51,803 nt of DNA from a virus. Its lineage: Duplodnaviria > Caudoviricetes. Position numbers and translations under genes: made by a program. Shown piece after piece: positions 1 to 8,723 of this stretch. The notes below the pieces were generated by a model, which searched no databases, was not told the DNA's origin, and worked only from the letters and a program-made list of their open reading frames with translations. The number at the start of each line of letters is the position of its first letter. The first letter of the stretch is position 1. The stretch lies in the IMG/VR virus record IMGVR_UViG_3300033485_000347, positions 1 through 51,803 of that record; one strand, written 5' to 3'.

Positions 1-142
1 GTCGTTCAACTGTTTGACCTCGTGGTCATCCATCACCGACTCGACCATGAGTGAGGGCCAATCCCCGTAGACCTCCGAGGACGAGAAGTGGACGAGTCGG
101 AATCCCAGCGCCTCCTGCAAGCGAATCAGGTGCTTGGTCCCG
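1..142. repeat. Terminal direct repeat, copy 1 (circular assembly overlap)
   Basis: 1-142 matches 51662-51803 except at 127/51788 and 139/51800 (C vs T on the + strand). Confidence 0.97.
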
Positions 143-444
143 ATGACGTTCGTGCGCCACAACTGCTCGTAGAAGTCTTCCCCGTTCCACCGCCCGAACT
201 CCGCCGCGCAGTGGTAGACATAACTGAACGGCCCACATTCAGCGAACAGCCGATCCAGCTGCCGGAACTCCCCGACGTCGCACCGCACGTAACTGGGGGA
301 CGGGACATCGGACCGCACGGAGAACCCGACCTCGTTGGGTTGATGCGCGAGGTCGCAGACCACCACCGGATAGCCCATCCCGCGCAACCGCTCCGCAAGC
401 GCCCTTCCGATGGTCCCGCAGCCGCCCGTCACGAGGATATTCAT
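1..444 (-). CDS. NAD-dependent NDP-sugar epimerase/dehydratase, N-terminal part (continues across the junction to 51152; about 317 aa in total)
   Basis: ATG at 444 overlaps the radical SAM stop (ATGA). Manual translation gives MNILVTGGCGTIG (GxxGxxG Rossmann motif)...YHCAAEFG...NVIGT...HFSSSEVYG. The ORF track misses it because it runs off the window edge. Confidence 0.92.
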   Translation of the reverse strand, partial: MNILVTGGCGTIGRALAERLRGMGYPVVVCDLAHQPNEVGFSVRSDVPSPSYVRCDVGEFRQLDRLFAECGPFSYVYHCAAEFGRWNGEDFYEQLWRTNVIGTKHLIRLQEALGFRLVHFSSSEVYGDWPSLMVESVMDDHEVKQLND

Positions 445-1634
445 TTCTTGTATGTCCGTTCGATATGGACCCAGGCATCGTAAATCTGCTGCGTCGTCAG
501 GGCCGACGTGCTGATAGTCCCGTGGTACTCTCCAGGTTTCCCCTTGTAGAAGGTGCTGGACATCGGCTGCCCGTTCCACTGGATATCATACCGCTCCCGG
601 TGCTCCCAGATCGGGCTTCCGGGATACGGCTGGAATATTTTCGCGTCGATCTCATCCAGTCGCGCCTCTTCCAGAAACCGCTCGGTCTCCGCCAGGGTCT
701 CCAGCGTTTCCCCCGGCAAGCCGATCACGAAGAAACCCCGCGTGCGGATACCTTCCGCTCGAAGCATACGGATGGACTGCATGATGGTCTCGGCGGTCTC
801 CCCCTTGTTGATCGTCTGGAGGATCTGGTTGGACCCAGACTCCACGCCGATGCCCACCGCCTTGCAGCCGGACTCGGCCATCATGCGGAGGAAGTCCCGT
901 CCCCGCCGGACCACCAAGTCTGACCGCACGAGGCACCGCCACTCGATCCCGAACACCTTGAGGGCCGCGCAGATGTCTTCCGTGCGAGTGCGGTTCAGGA
1001 TGAAGATGTCCTCGGGGAACGCCAGGACGTCGTAGCCGAGTCCGTAGCGGAGATATCGGACCTCCTCGATAGCCCGCGAGGCGCTCATCATCCGGACGTG
1101 ATCATGGTTCTTGCAACAGAACGCGCAGGCATGGGGACAGCCCCGCGCCGAGACCATGGTCGTGCCAGGCCGTCCGTTGGCCTGGTAGTGATAACTCCGA
1201 ATGTTGAGCACCGACCGGTCGATGATCGGATACTCGTCCAGGTTCGCGTCCTCGGCGATGATCAGCGACGGGCCCCCCAGGAAGGCCCCCTCGGACACCC
1301 GTTCCCCGTCGCCCGCCACGACACAGTCCCATGGATCGTTCAGGCATGCCTGCCAATTGATCGTGGCATGCGGTCCACCCAGCACCACACGAGACGTGGG
1401 GTTGTGCCGCTTGATGCGAGCCAGGGTCTCTAGCGCCGAGGGATACTCCGGGGCCGTAGGACCGAATCCGTAGTAGGGCAACCCCAAAGGCACGTCCTCC
1501 AGCGCCCCGTCGTGGATCGTGACCGTATGCCCCGCCTGCTTGAGTCCGGTGGCCACCGCCATCAACCCAAGCGGGGGGAACATGCGCTCGTCGATCAGAA
1601 ACGGGGAGGGGCACCGGACCAGGCAAATGTTCAT
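441..1634 (-). CDS. Cobalamin-binding radical SAM protein (class B methyltransferase-like)
   Basis: N-terminal PPLGL..VA..L...GH.V...D and GGPHAT motifs of the B12-binding domain; RGCPHACAFC (CxxxCxxC); GVESGS; FVIGLPGET; PYPGSP. Confidence 0.92.
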   Translation of the reverse strand: MNICLVRCPSPFLIDERMFPPLGLMAVATGLKQAGHTVTIHDGALEDVPLGLPYYGFGPTAPEYPSALETLARIKRHNPTSRVVLGGPHATINWQACLNDPWDCVVAGDGERVSEGAFLGGPSLIIAEDANLDEYPIIDRSVLNIRSYHYQANGRPGTTMVSARGCPHACAFCCKNHDHVRMMSASRAIEEVRYLRYGLGYDVLAFPEDIFILNRTRTEDICAALKVFGIEWRCLVRSDLVVRRGRDFLRMMAESGCKAVGIGVESGSNQILQTINKGETAETIMQSIRMLRAEGIRTRGFFVIGLPGETLETLAETERFLEEARLDEIDAKIFQPYPGSPIWEHRERYDIQWNGQPMSSTFYKGKPGEYHGTISTSALTTQQIYDAWVHIERTYKK

Positions 1635-2143
1635 GGAATCGCAAAGCCTTTCAGATCATGCACGTTACTCAAGACCGTAGTCGCCGGATAGGTCTCCGTA
1701 TAATCGTACCGATACTTGAAAAGCGGGAAGATGGGTTCGGAGCGATTCTTTCGCATGCGTCGCCAGAGTCGGTCCCCGCTATCGTGGAGGACGATATATT
1801 CGCAATGCGGGATGCGCCGGATCGTCTCCACTCGTGTCCCCATGGGCAACTGGTCTACCAGCGCGACGGACCAGGGGACACCCACATCCACCGCATTCCA
1901 GTCGTCCACGCGGATCATGTCGTGGAACTCCGTGGCGTACTGCGAGAACAACTCATAGAACCGCACGCTATTTTCATAGGTCACGATCCGGCGCTTCGTC
2001 GGGAGACACATCCAGTGCAAATAGGGCGTCGAGTGAAAGCCTGCCCCAACTTCCAGAATCGGTCCCGTCGTCAGCGAGACCACCTTCATCAGCACGGGCA
2101 AGTGGCTGCCACTGGACGGATCGTCTGGACACGCGATCCTCAT
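1631..2143 (-). CDS. Class I SAM-methyltransferase-like protein (paralog A)
   Basis: ILEVGAGFHST resembles motif I; ALVD and IVLHD strands; ATGA-coupled to both neighbours. Confidence 0.6.
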   Translation of the reverse strand: MRIACPDDPSSGSHLPVLMKVVSLTTGPILEVGAGFHSTPYLHWMCLPTKRRIVTYENSVRFYELFSQYATEFHDMIRVDDWNAVDVGVPWSVALVDQLPMGTRVETIRRIPHCEYIVLHDSGDRLWRRMRKNRSEPIFPLFKYRYDYTETYPATTVLSNVHDLKGFAIP

Positions 2144-2637
2144 GGAATTGCAAACCCTGACAAGTCATGCACGTCACTCAGCACGCTCGTCGCGGGCATC
2201 GTGTCTCGGTACTTGTAATGATAGCGAAACGTCCTCGCGACTTCCCGAAATCCATTCCGGGTGCGCTGCGTGTCGTGGACGATCACATAGTCTGCATGGT
2301 GCAGCCGTCCAATGAGAATCTTGCGATACTCTTCCGGGTCGTTGTCCACAAAGGCAATGCCCCACGGGCGGGAGAGATCGACCGTGTCCCAATCCTGAAT
2401 ACACTGGACCTCATGGAAGTCTGCCTCGCCGAGTTTGGCGAAATCGTAATAGGCGGGAAGATTCTCACATGTCACCAACTTTCGGCGAGTCGGGAAGCAC
2501 GCCCAGTGGAGATAGGGCGTCGAGAACCAGCCACAGCCCAGCTCCAGAATCGGCCCCGTGGTGCTCTGCACGAGTTTCATCAGAACGGGCAAGTGACTGC
2601 CCCGGAAAAAATGCCGATGTTCCCGATTCCGTGGCAT
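2140..2637 (-). CDS. Class I SAM-methyltransferase-like protein (paralog B)
   Basis: ILELGCGWFST, AFVD and VIVHD; clearly paralogous to 1631-2143. Confidence 0.6.
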   Translation of the reverse strand: MPRNREHRHFFRGSHLPVLMKLVQSTTGPILELGCGWFSTPYLHWACFPTRRKLVTCENLPAYYDFAKLGEADFHEVQCIQDWDTVDLSRPWGIAFVDNDPEEYRKILIGRLHHADYVIVHDTQRTRNGFREVARTFRYHYKYRDTMPATSVLSDVHDLSGFAIP

Positions 2638-3278
2638 TAGCAGTACCTCGCAAGAACGTCACTCGCGGACCCCCAGTAGGGGAGACTCATCTCATAGTGG
2701 TGGACGCTGTGGGGCGTCTTCCGGTGCATGTTATGATCCGTCTTGATCGTCACAACCGGACAATTTAGGGTCGCGGTGTCTTTTGTACAATGCCGGAGCA
2801 GCCAGATAAAGTCATCCGCCGTGTTCCACTGTGGCAACCCTCTATACATACGCTCCAACCACCGGCAGGCCATATCTCGACTGACGATCATGGCCGCTTC
2901 GGACGACGCCTTCGGATGGAATCGCTTCATTCTCCCTCGCTGTGCAAAGAGCACATACAGGGGGGCCGCCACATAAAAAGTATCGGCTCTCGGTGGGCGA
3001 AAGGCAAAATAGTCTGGAGGATAGAGCCCGTCAGCCTCACCCACGCAGACGTATTTCGTCCGCGCCTTCTCTACCCCGATCTGGAATTGCCGCCACGCAT
3101 TGTGTCCGGTCACGCCTACTTCCCCGACACAGATGTTCGTGCCAAACGCGATGGGTTTCTGCGACACGGAAATCAGGTCACTGTCCCCCATGTTCGCCAG
3201 GATCGTGTCCTGGATCTTCCGCTCGAAGGATTCCGGCTCTCGGTTCGCCGTGTAGTACACCACCGTCATCTCGGTCAT
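2637..3278 (-). CDS. Putative GT-A-fold glycosyltransferase
   Basis: TVVYYTAN start; GVEKARTKYVCVGEADGLYP resembles the GT-A A.g.yv.f.DxD segment with EAD in place of DxD; lies in the glycan cluster. Confidence 0.55.
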   Translation of the reverse strand: MTEMTVVYYTANREPESFERKIQDTILANMGDSDLISVSQKPIAFGTNICVGEVGVTGHNAWRQFQIGVEKARTKYVCVGEADGLYPPDYFAFRPPRADTFYVAAPLYVLFAQRGRMKRFHPKASSEAAMIVSRDMACRWLERMYRGLPQWNTADDFIWLLRHCTKDTATLNCPVVTIKTDHNMHRKTPHSVHHYEMSLPYWGSASDVLARYC

Positions 3279-3883
3279 TCGGCCTTCACCCAGAACGCCG
3301 TCACGGGATGGCGTGTCTCCTGCGTCACGTACCAGGGATTAATGCAATGGCAATGCGTATAGGCGTTCACCGCCCAGATCACGCCAGGGACATGCGCGTC
3401 ATAGTCGTGCGCCATGATCATGCCGTGTTTGCGGACCTTCGGACACCAGACGATCAGGTCCTCCATCACGTAATCGAACGCATGATCCCCGTCGATATTG
3501 GCAAAGTCGAAGTAGCCATCCGTGAACTGCTTCACCGCCTCCAGGCTGGTGGTGCGGAGGATGGTCACGTTGTAGGGCTTGAGTGTCTCCACCGCTTGCG
3601 TGTGGACCGCTTCCGTCGCGTCCTGGTCGTGGAACCGGTAGGACGTCCACGGGTCCACGCAGGTCAACTCGACGCCGGGGACCGCATCGCAAATCATCTT
3701 CGCGGACTGCCCGGCCCACGTCCCGATTTCTATGCCGCGCCGGTAGCCAAAATCTTGAAACAACGACGCCACCTGGGCCCGCGTGCCTCTCGGTGTACTG
3801 AAAGGCAGGGGCCCCCGGTGGCGTATTCGCATCATCCGGTCAATGTGAGTATGGAGCTGCGCGAGCCGCTCCCCGTCGGTCAC
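3275..3883 (-). CDS. Class I SAM-dependent methyltransferase (Methyltransf_24-like)
   Basis: GIEIGTWAGQSA, CVDPW, FDFANIDGDHAFDYVMED, GMIMAHDY. Probable GTG start at 3883 overlapping the upstream stop. Confidence 0.85.
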   Translation of the reverse strand: MTDGERLAQLHTHIDRMMRIRHRGPLPFSTPRGTRAQVASLFQDFGYRRGIEIGTWAGQSAKMICDAVPGVELTCVDPWTSYRFHDQDATEAVHTQAVETLKPYNVTILRTTSLEAVKQFTDGYFDFANIDGDHAFDYVMEDLIVWCPKVRKHGMIMAHDYDAHVPGVIWAVNAYTHCHCINPWYVTQETRHPVTAFWVKAE

Positions 3884-4725
3884 GGCATCACGAACGCTTT
3901 GAAGCTGTTCCCCGCATCCGCCACGCTGTTGTATCCGACCAACCCCGTGGCGTACTCGCAGCGGAAGTCCGCCGAGTCGTCGGCGTAGATTTCCCCGTCC
4001 GCCAGCCCCTCCATGGCCAGCATGACCCCGATCTCGACGCCGGTCGCAATCGCCGCCACGTCGTTGGCTTCCCGCTGGGCGCACGTCACCCGGAGGTAGT
4101 AGTAGCCGGTCGGCAGGACGGTGGACGTCCACGCGCCCCAGCTGTAGGGGTGCTGCCACACGAAGTCCTTCACCGCTGCCGTGAACACGGTATCGGTCAG
4201 CGTGAAGTTGTCGGTGAACGGCATGCCGGAGGTCACGGTCGTCCACCCGGTCCCGGCGAAGTCGCTGTACTGCACCGTATGGTCCGGGACGGTGGCCCCG
4301 CCGTCGTTCGTCTCCGCCGTGGTGATGTTGACGCTCATCCAGTCGAACGGCACCCGGCAGCCGATGACAAAGCCGGTCTGGTCCGCCCCCGTGACTTGGA
4401 GTGTGGCCGCCGTCTGGGACTGGAGCGTGGACGTCAGGTCCGTGTAGGTCGCGCCGTTCGAGGACAGCCGGCCCCCTATCCAGATGCGGTTCGCCAGCCG
4501 GAAGCCCATCCCGACGTTGGCCGCCGACCCGGAGCGGTTGTGGATCTCCAGTTTGCGGAGGGTGGCCCCTTCCCAGACATCCGCTACCGCCGCGTTACTG
4601 GCGAAGCGGGTGTTGATGGTGGGCGGCACCCAGAGCAGGCCGTTGCGCGTCTGGTGCTGTCCGGTCCCCGCCGCCCCCCCGAGGCGCAGGACCACCGCCT
4701 GTGAGGTATTGACGTTGTGCGTCAT
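3880..4725 (-). CDS. Putative virion structural/decoration protein
   Basis: 281-aa Thr/Gly-rich, beta-type sequence in the operon downstream of the MCP; RBS AGGAGG. Confidence 0.55.
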   Translation of the reverse strand: MTHNVNTSQAVVLRLGGAAGTGQHQTRNGLLWVPPTINTRFASNAAVADVWEGATLRKLEIHNRSGSAANVGMGFRLANRIWIGGRLSSNGATYTDLTSTLQSQTAATLQVTGADQTGFVIGCRVPFDWMSVNITTAETNDGGATVPDHTVQYSDFAGTGWTTVTSGMPFTDNFTLTDTVFTAAVKDFVWQHPYSWGAWTSTVLPTGYYYLRVTCAQREANDVAAIATGVEIGVMLAMEGLADGEIYADDSADFRCEYATGLVGYNSVADAGNSFKAFVMP

Positions 4726-4734
4726 CGCGCCCTC

Positions 4735-5070
4735 CTACACGTAGTCCAAGCGGCATTCGCTTGGAATCTCGGTCGTGAGCGGCGCGGTCGCCCCGAGGTC
4801 AGTCGAGCAGAACCAGCACAGGCCGGTCTTGTAGAGCTTCCCGTGGAAGTTGACCTTGACGCGGGTGGGGTGATCCCCGAACCCGACTTGGATCTGGTCC
4901 GTGATGGCGGTCGTCCCCGGCGTGGAGGACGTGGCATCATATAACTGGATGTAGACTGCCGCCGTCGCGGTGGGCTTGCGCGTCACGGTGATGGACTTCA
5001 GCCGCACGGCGCTGGTAGAGACCACGATGTCCGTGGTGTCGGCCCACGAGGTCTGGACGTTACAGGGCAT
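4735..5070 (-). CDS. Putative small virion (head decoration) protein
   Basis: 111 aa, beta-rich, RBS AGGAGG, downstream of the MCP. Confidence 0.55.
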   Translation of the reverse strand: MPCNVQTSWADTTDIVVSTSAVRLKSITVTRKPTATAAVYIQLYDATSSTPGTTAITDQIQVGFGDHPTRVKVNFHGKLYKTGLCWFCSTDLGATAPLTTEIPSECRLDYV

Positions 5071-5089
5071 GCGAGCCTCCTATGTCTTT

Positions 5090-5117
5090 AGGGTGGGGAC
5101 CCTGCGGCCCCCACCCT
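5090..5117. terminator. Intergenic stem-loop
   Basis: AGGGTGGGG...CCCCACCCT inverted repeat between head genes, without a strong U-tract. Confidence 0.4.
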
Positions 5118-5140
5118 CGGCGCATTCACCGTGCCACAGG

Positions 5141-5671
5141 TTAGATCAGGATCGTGGTCCCCGTGCGATACAGCACCCAGCACCGGATGTCATCCGTGGC
5201 CGGGTTCGTGCCGTCCTCGCCGTCCGCGACGAACGACATGTAGTTGGTGAACGGGATGCCCTTCGGGAAGACATACGGCCACAACTCTTCCGTCAGGTCG
5301 GTGGCCGCCGCCTGGAGCCACACCTGAATCTTGGGAATGTCGGTGACGCGGGTGTCCCCCGCCGCGAAGGCCGCGATGGTGCCGTCCGAGTCATCGCAGA
5401 CGGCCAGGTAGTCCTCCGAGGCGTCCGCCGACAACTGGCCGACCAGCATCCCGTACAGCACGGCCCCCGTCTCCGGGGCGGTCGCCGTGGCCGCGCTGGT
5501 CTCGTCGATGTCCTCGATGGGCTTGAACTCCCAGTCGGTCTGGTCCTTGTGCGACGTCGAGAGCATGATCTCCTTGCACATCTTCACGAACAGGGCCGCG
5601 CTCTCGCCGCCATTGGCGATGCTGCCGATATGGCCTTCCAACAGGGGAATGACAACTTCTGGAGCAGGCAT
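5141..5671 (-). CDS. Putative virion/head-associated protein
   Basis: 176-aa acidic ORF with RBS GAGAGAGGG and high GC3, in the head operon. Confidence 0.6.
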   Translation of the reverse strand: MPAPEVVIPLLEGHIGSIANGGESAALFVKMCKEIMLSTSHKDQTDWEFKPIEDIDETSAATATAPETGAVLYGMLVGQLSADASEDYLAVCDDSDGTIAAFAAGDTRVTDIPKIQVWLQAAATDLTEELWPYVFPKGIPFTNYMSFVADGEDGTNPATDDIRCWVLYRTGTTILI

Positions 5672-5762
5672 CAGTACGTCCCTCTCTCTCCCTTGCCCTC
5701 ATTCAGTCCCGTGCGGGGCTTAGGCATCGGCCCGGGAGCAGGCACACGACGCAGAGAGCCGG

Positions 5763-6365
5763 TCACACGCGAACAATTTCGACGTGCATCGGCTTACCGG
5801 GATCGCGCACGTTCGGGCGATCCACGTAGTTCGGAATGCTCTGGCGGTCGAAGAGTTCCGCCCCGGCCACCGTCGTGGTGGGCACCAGGAACGTGTCCTC
5901 CGGGACCGCCTCGGCATACTGGACGATGTAGTCGTCCTCCACCTTCACGGACCCCGCAATCGCCCAGCCCGGCCCGAGGGCCACCGCCCGCTCGGCGGTC
6001 AGCGACCCGCCCCCGCCGGCCTTCCGACGGAGGGTGCCCGGAATGATGCTGTGGGCGTGCAGATGTTCCGCGACCTCGCTAGGGAGCACCTTGACCTCGT
6101 ACGGGGCGAGTTCGTACACCCGCCCGTTGAACATGTGCTCCCAGGGTTCCCCGGTGCGGTTGTAGATGTACCGGTTCCGCTCCGGGAGGGGTTGCAGGTC
6201 CGCGAGTTGCTCCTCGCGGGTCTTGGCTGGGGCGTTGGCCTGCTCGACCATGGGGGCCTCCGTGGGCGTCTCCGATGGCCAGGATACGGCGAGGTCGGCC
6301 TTACAGGCTTTGCAATACTCCCGCCGGGGCCCGTACAACCGCTCGCCGCATCCTTTGCAGACCAT
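5763..6365 (-). CDS. Hypothetical protein with N-terminal CxxC..CxxC
   Basis: 200-aa ORF directly after the MCP with typical codon usage. Confidence 0.6.
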   Translation of the reverse strand: MVCKGCGERLYGPRREYCKACKADLAVSWPSETPTEAPMVEQANAPAKTREEQLADLQPLPERNRYIYNRTGEPWEHMFNGRVYELAPYEVKVLPSEVAEHLHAHSIIPGTLRRKAGGGGSLTAERAVALGPGWAIAGSVKVEDDYIVQYAEAVPEDTFLVPTTTVAGAELFDRQSIPNYVDRPNVRDPGKPMHVEIVRV

Positions 6366-6381
6366 CAGTCACCGCCCCTGG

Positions 6382-7668
6382 TTAGACGACGTGCGCCGAG
6401 ACGAAGTCGTGCGTGATCCCGGTCAACTTCCACGCCGTATTGGGTTTCTCCGAACTGAGCTGCTCGAAGCAGCGGAATGTCGCCTCGAACGTGTCCACCG
6501 CCGTGGTGCTGCGGGAGAGCACGTCCCCGTCGTCGTCCACCCACCCCATCGGGCCGGGATGCCGCTTGATCCAGCGGGTATCCAGGCCGAACATCTGCCC
6601 GTAGGGGGCCATGTGGTCCTGGTAGATGGGGATGCTGCCGAACTTCAGACCGGTCTCCGCGTACCGCCGCGCCCCGTTGGCCGCGTTGGTGCCCGCGTTC
6701 GGGTTCATCAGGTCCCCGGCGGTGTAGCGCCGGTCGGTCTCCATCGACTTGAGGTAGGCCCGCTTGACGCCCGGCTCGCACCAGATTTCGTTGGTGCGCC
6801 CCGCCGAGAGCTTCGCGGAGACGTCGATGGCGCGCTGGATGACATCCGCGCCGATGGCTCCGACGCTGCCCACGACCGTGGCGTTCAGGATCGGGAACGT
6901 GGTGCGGGACTTCCCGAAGTAGAGGTTGACCAGCGTGGCGTTGTCCACGATTCCCGAGAGGCCCATCGGGTGGTGCATGTACTCGGTGTTCCCGATGGTG
7001 AGTGTCGAGGAGGTCTGGACGCAGCGCACCACGAAGTCGTTGTCGCTCCACGTCACCGCCGAGTTGACGGTGATGGTGGCCGAGGTGGGCACGCCGGTCA
7101 CGCGGTAGGCGGTCGTCTGCCGCAGCGCCCCGGTGGGGTTCACGCCCGCGATCCAGTCGTCCACGTTGAAGAAGCGGGAGCCGTCATCGCTGCCCGACAG
7201 GCCTCCCGGCGCGTCCAAAGTGATGGTGGTGGTCGTCGCCGCCCCGTTGCACAGAGCCAGGACGCCGCGCCCGTCCCCCCAGAACGCCTGGTTCCGGCGC
7301 TGCTGGAGGACTTCCTTGACGTCCTGCATGCCGATTTCCATGGCATCCGCGAACGCCGCTTCCCCCGTGGTGGAGGCTTCCATCAATTGCTTGGTGATGC
7401 TCCACGCATGGTGGTAGTACCGGTTGGGGATCAACAGTTCCCCGATTTCCGGCGTGCCGGCAACCGGCGGAGCCCCGCCTTCTGCCGTGTAGTACCCGCC
7501 CCTGTTCCGGTTGAGGCGGATGCCCTTGACGAGGCCCTTGCCCCCGATGGGCTTGCCCGTGCCGAACGAATCCAGCAACGGGGTTTCGTTGTTCAGTTCG
7601 TTGATGATCCCCGGCTCGATATCCTCCTTGAGGATGCCGCCGAGGGTGCTGGTGGTCGATCCGGCCAT
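6382..7668 (-). CDS. Major capsid protein (HK97 fold)
   Basis: 428 aa, follows portal and scaffold; LKEDIEPGIINELNNE, AEGGAPP and FWGDGRG are typical of phage MCPs. Confidence 0.85.
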   Translation of the reverse strand: MAGSTTSTLGGILKEDIEPGIINELNNETPLLDSFGTGKPIGGKGLVKGIRLNRNRGGYYTAEGGAPPVAGTPEIGELLIPNRYYHHAWSITKQLMEASTTGEAAFADAMEIGMQDVKEVLQQRRNQAFWGDGRGVLALCNGAATTTTITLDAPGGLSGSDDGSRFFNVDDWIAGVNPTGALRQTTAYRVTGVPTSATITVNSAVTWSDNDFVVRCVQTSSTLTIGNTEYMHHPMGLSGIVDNATLVNLYFGKSRTTFPILNATVVGSVGAIGADVIQRAIDVSAKLSAGRTNEIWCEPGVKRAYLKSMETDRRYTAGDLMNPNAGTNAANGARRYAETGLKFGSIPIYQDHMAPYGQMFGLDTRWIKRHPGPMGWVDDDGDVLSRSTTAVDTFEATFRCFEQLSSEKPNTAWKLTGITHDFVSAHVV

Positions 7669-7674
7669 GGTCGC

Positions 7675-8505
7675 TTACCCTCTCTCCCGCAAGCGAGATA
7701 GTCCCCGCGTCATGCCTTCCGCAATGCTCGTTGCGGGTTTGGTTGGTTGGGTGGCACCGGGCCCGCCGCCGCCCCCCATGGGACGGGGGAGCCCAATCGT
7801 TTTTTCCTTGGCGCGTTGGCTCTCCAGCCTGCTCTTGCCCTCCAGCACGGTCTTGGCGTTTTCGAGGTAGATCCCCATGGCCGCCGTGATAGCCGCGCTG
7901 GGATCGCGCTCGAACCGGAAGCGCAGGCGGGAGTTCTTGCGGATGATCGGCTCCAGGGTGTCGCACATGTCCTGCACCTTTTCCCTGGTGGCCGGCATCC
8001 CGTACTGCTTCATCACGTCCGCCGTCGCTTCGACCGCATCGAGGGTCAACGCTTGCCGTCGGGCCTCGCGCTCCTCCTTGTGGGTCTTGAGAAATTCTTC
8101 CATCTCCGAGAGGACCGGTTCGTGCTGTCGGAGCTGTTCCCGGATGGTCTTGCTGGAGGCTTCGAGCTTCTTCTGCTCCTCGGTCTTGGCCTCCCCAGGC
8201 TCCCGGTCGCGCTCCAGGGCCTTGATGCGGGCCTGGGTCTGCTCCAGGGTAGTTTCCAGGTTCCGGGCGTACTCCACGAACTCGGTCAACTGCTGGGGAT
8301 CGCCGAAGTCCTTGTAGGCCGCTGCGGATTGCTCCGCCGCCTTGGCGCGGTCCACCAACCGCTGGAACCGGGCCTTGGACTTCTCGTCCTTGAGGTCTTC
8401 CGGGGGCGTAAAATCGTCTTCTGCGACCACCGGAGCCACCTCGGGTGCGGGGGGCGACGCCGCGATGCTGCCCGTGACCTGCTCGTCACCTGCCATGATG
8501 TCCAC
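7675..8505 (-). CDS. Capsid scaffolding protein
   Basis: Charged coiled-coil (ARFQRLVDRAK) with a Gly/Pro linker and C-terminal helix, between portal and MCP. Confidence 0.75.
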   Translation of the reverse strand: MDIMAGDEQVTGSIAASPPAPEVAPVVAEDDFTPPEDLKDEKSKARFQRLVDRAKAAEQSAAAYKDFGDPQQLTEFVEYARNLETTLEQTQARIKALERDREPGEAKTEEQKKLEASSKTIREQLRQHEPVLSEMEEFLKTHKEEREARRQALTLDAVEATADVMKQYGMPATREKVQDMCDTLEPIIRKNSRLRFRFERDPSAAITAAMGIYLENAKTVLEGKSRLESQRAKEKTIGLPRPMGGGGGPGATQPTKPATSIAEGMTRGLSRLRERG

Positions 8506-8723
8506 TCCTGCCGGGAGCGACGCCGGCTGCGCTCAGATGCGGGGGACGAACCCGCGTTGCGTCCGCTTACTTGATCAGGGAGCTATAAGGGGCCTTTTTC
8601 TCGCCTTTTTGCTTGTTTTCTGTCGCATAGAACACCGATTTGCCCTTTTTCTCACCATACCGCTTGACCATATCTTTCATCACCGCCGCCCCTTTGCCGC
8701 CAAAATGCTTGCTCAGTGGCATC

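Noticed and set aside
1-142. Physical terminal repeats of the virion DNA
   Set aside because: The repeat falls mid-gene, far from the terminase region, as expected for an assembly overlap.
441-3883. DNA hypermodification cluster
   Set aside because: Disfavoured, not excluded: no DNA polymerase, nucleotide kinase or base hydroxymethylase was recognised, and the genes lie in the virion operon rather than the replication module.
3884-4246. N-terminal extension of the 323-aa methyltransferase ORF (likewise the extensions of ORFs 35766-37373 and 12783-13475)
   Set aside because: They overlap real upstream genes; coupled starts at 3883, 37064 and 13295 fit better.
8506-8723. tRNA or promoter in the portal-scaffold intergenic gap
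   Set aside because: No cloverleaf and no correctly spaced -35/-10 pair could be identified, although T-tracts suggest some regulatory role.
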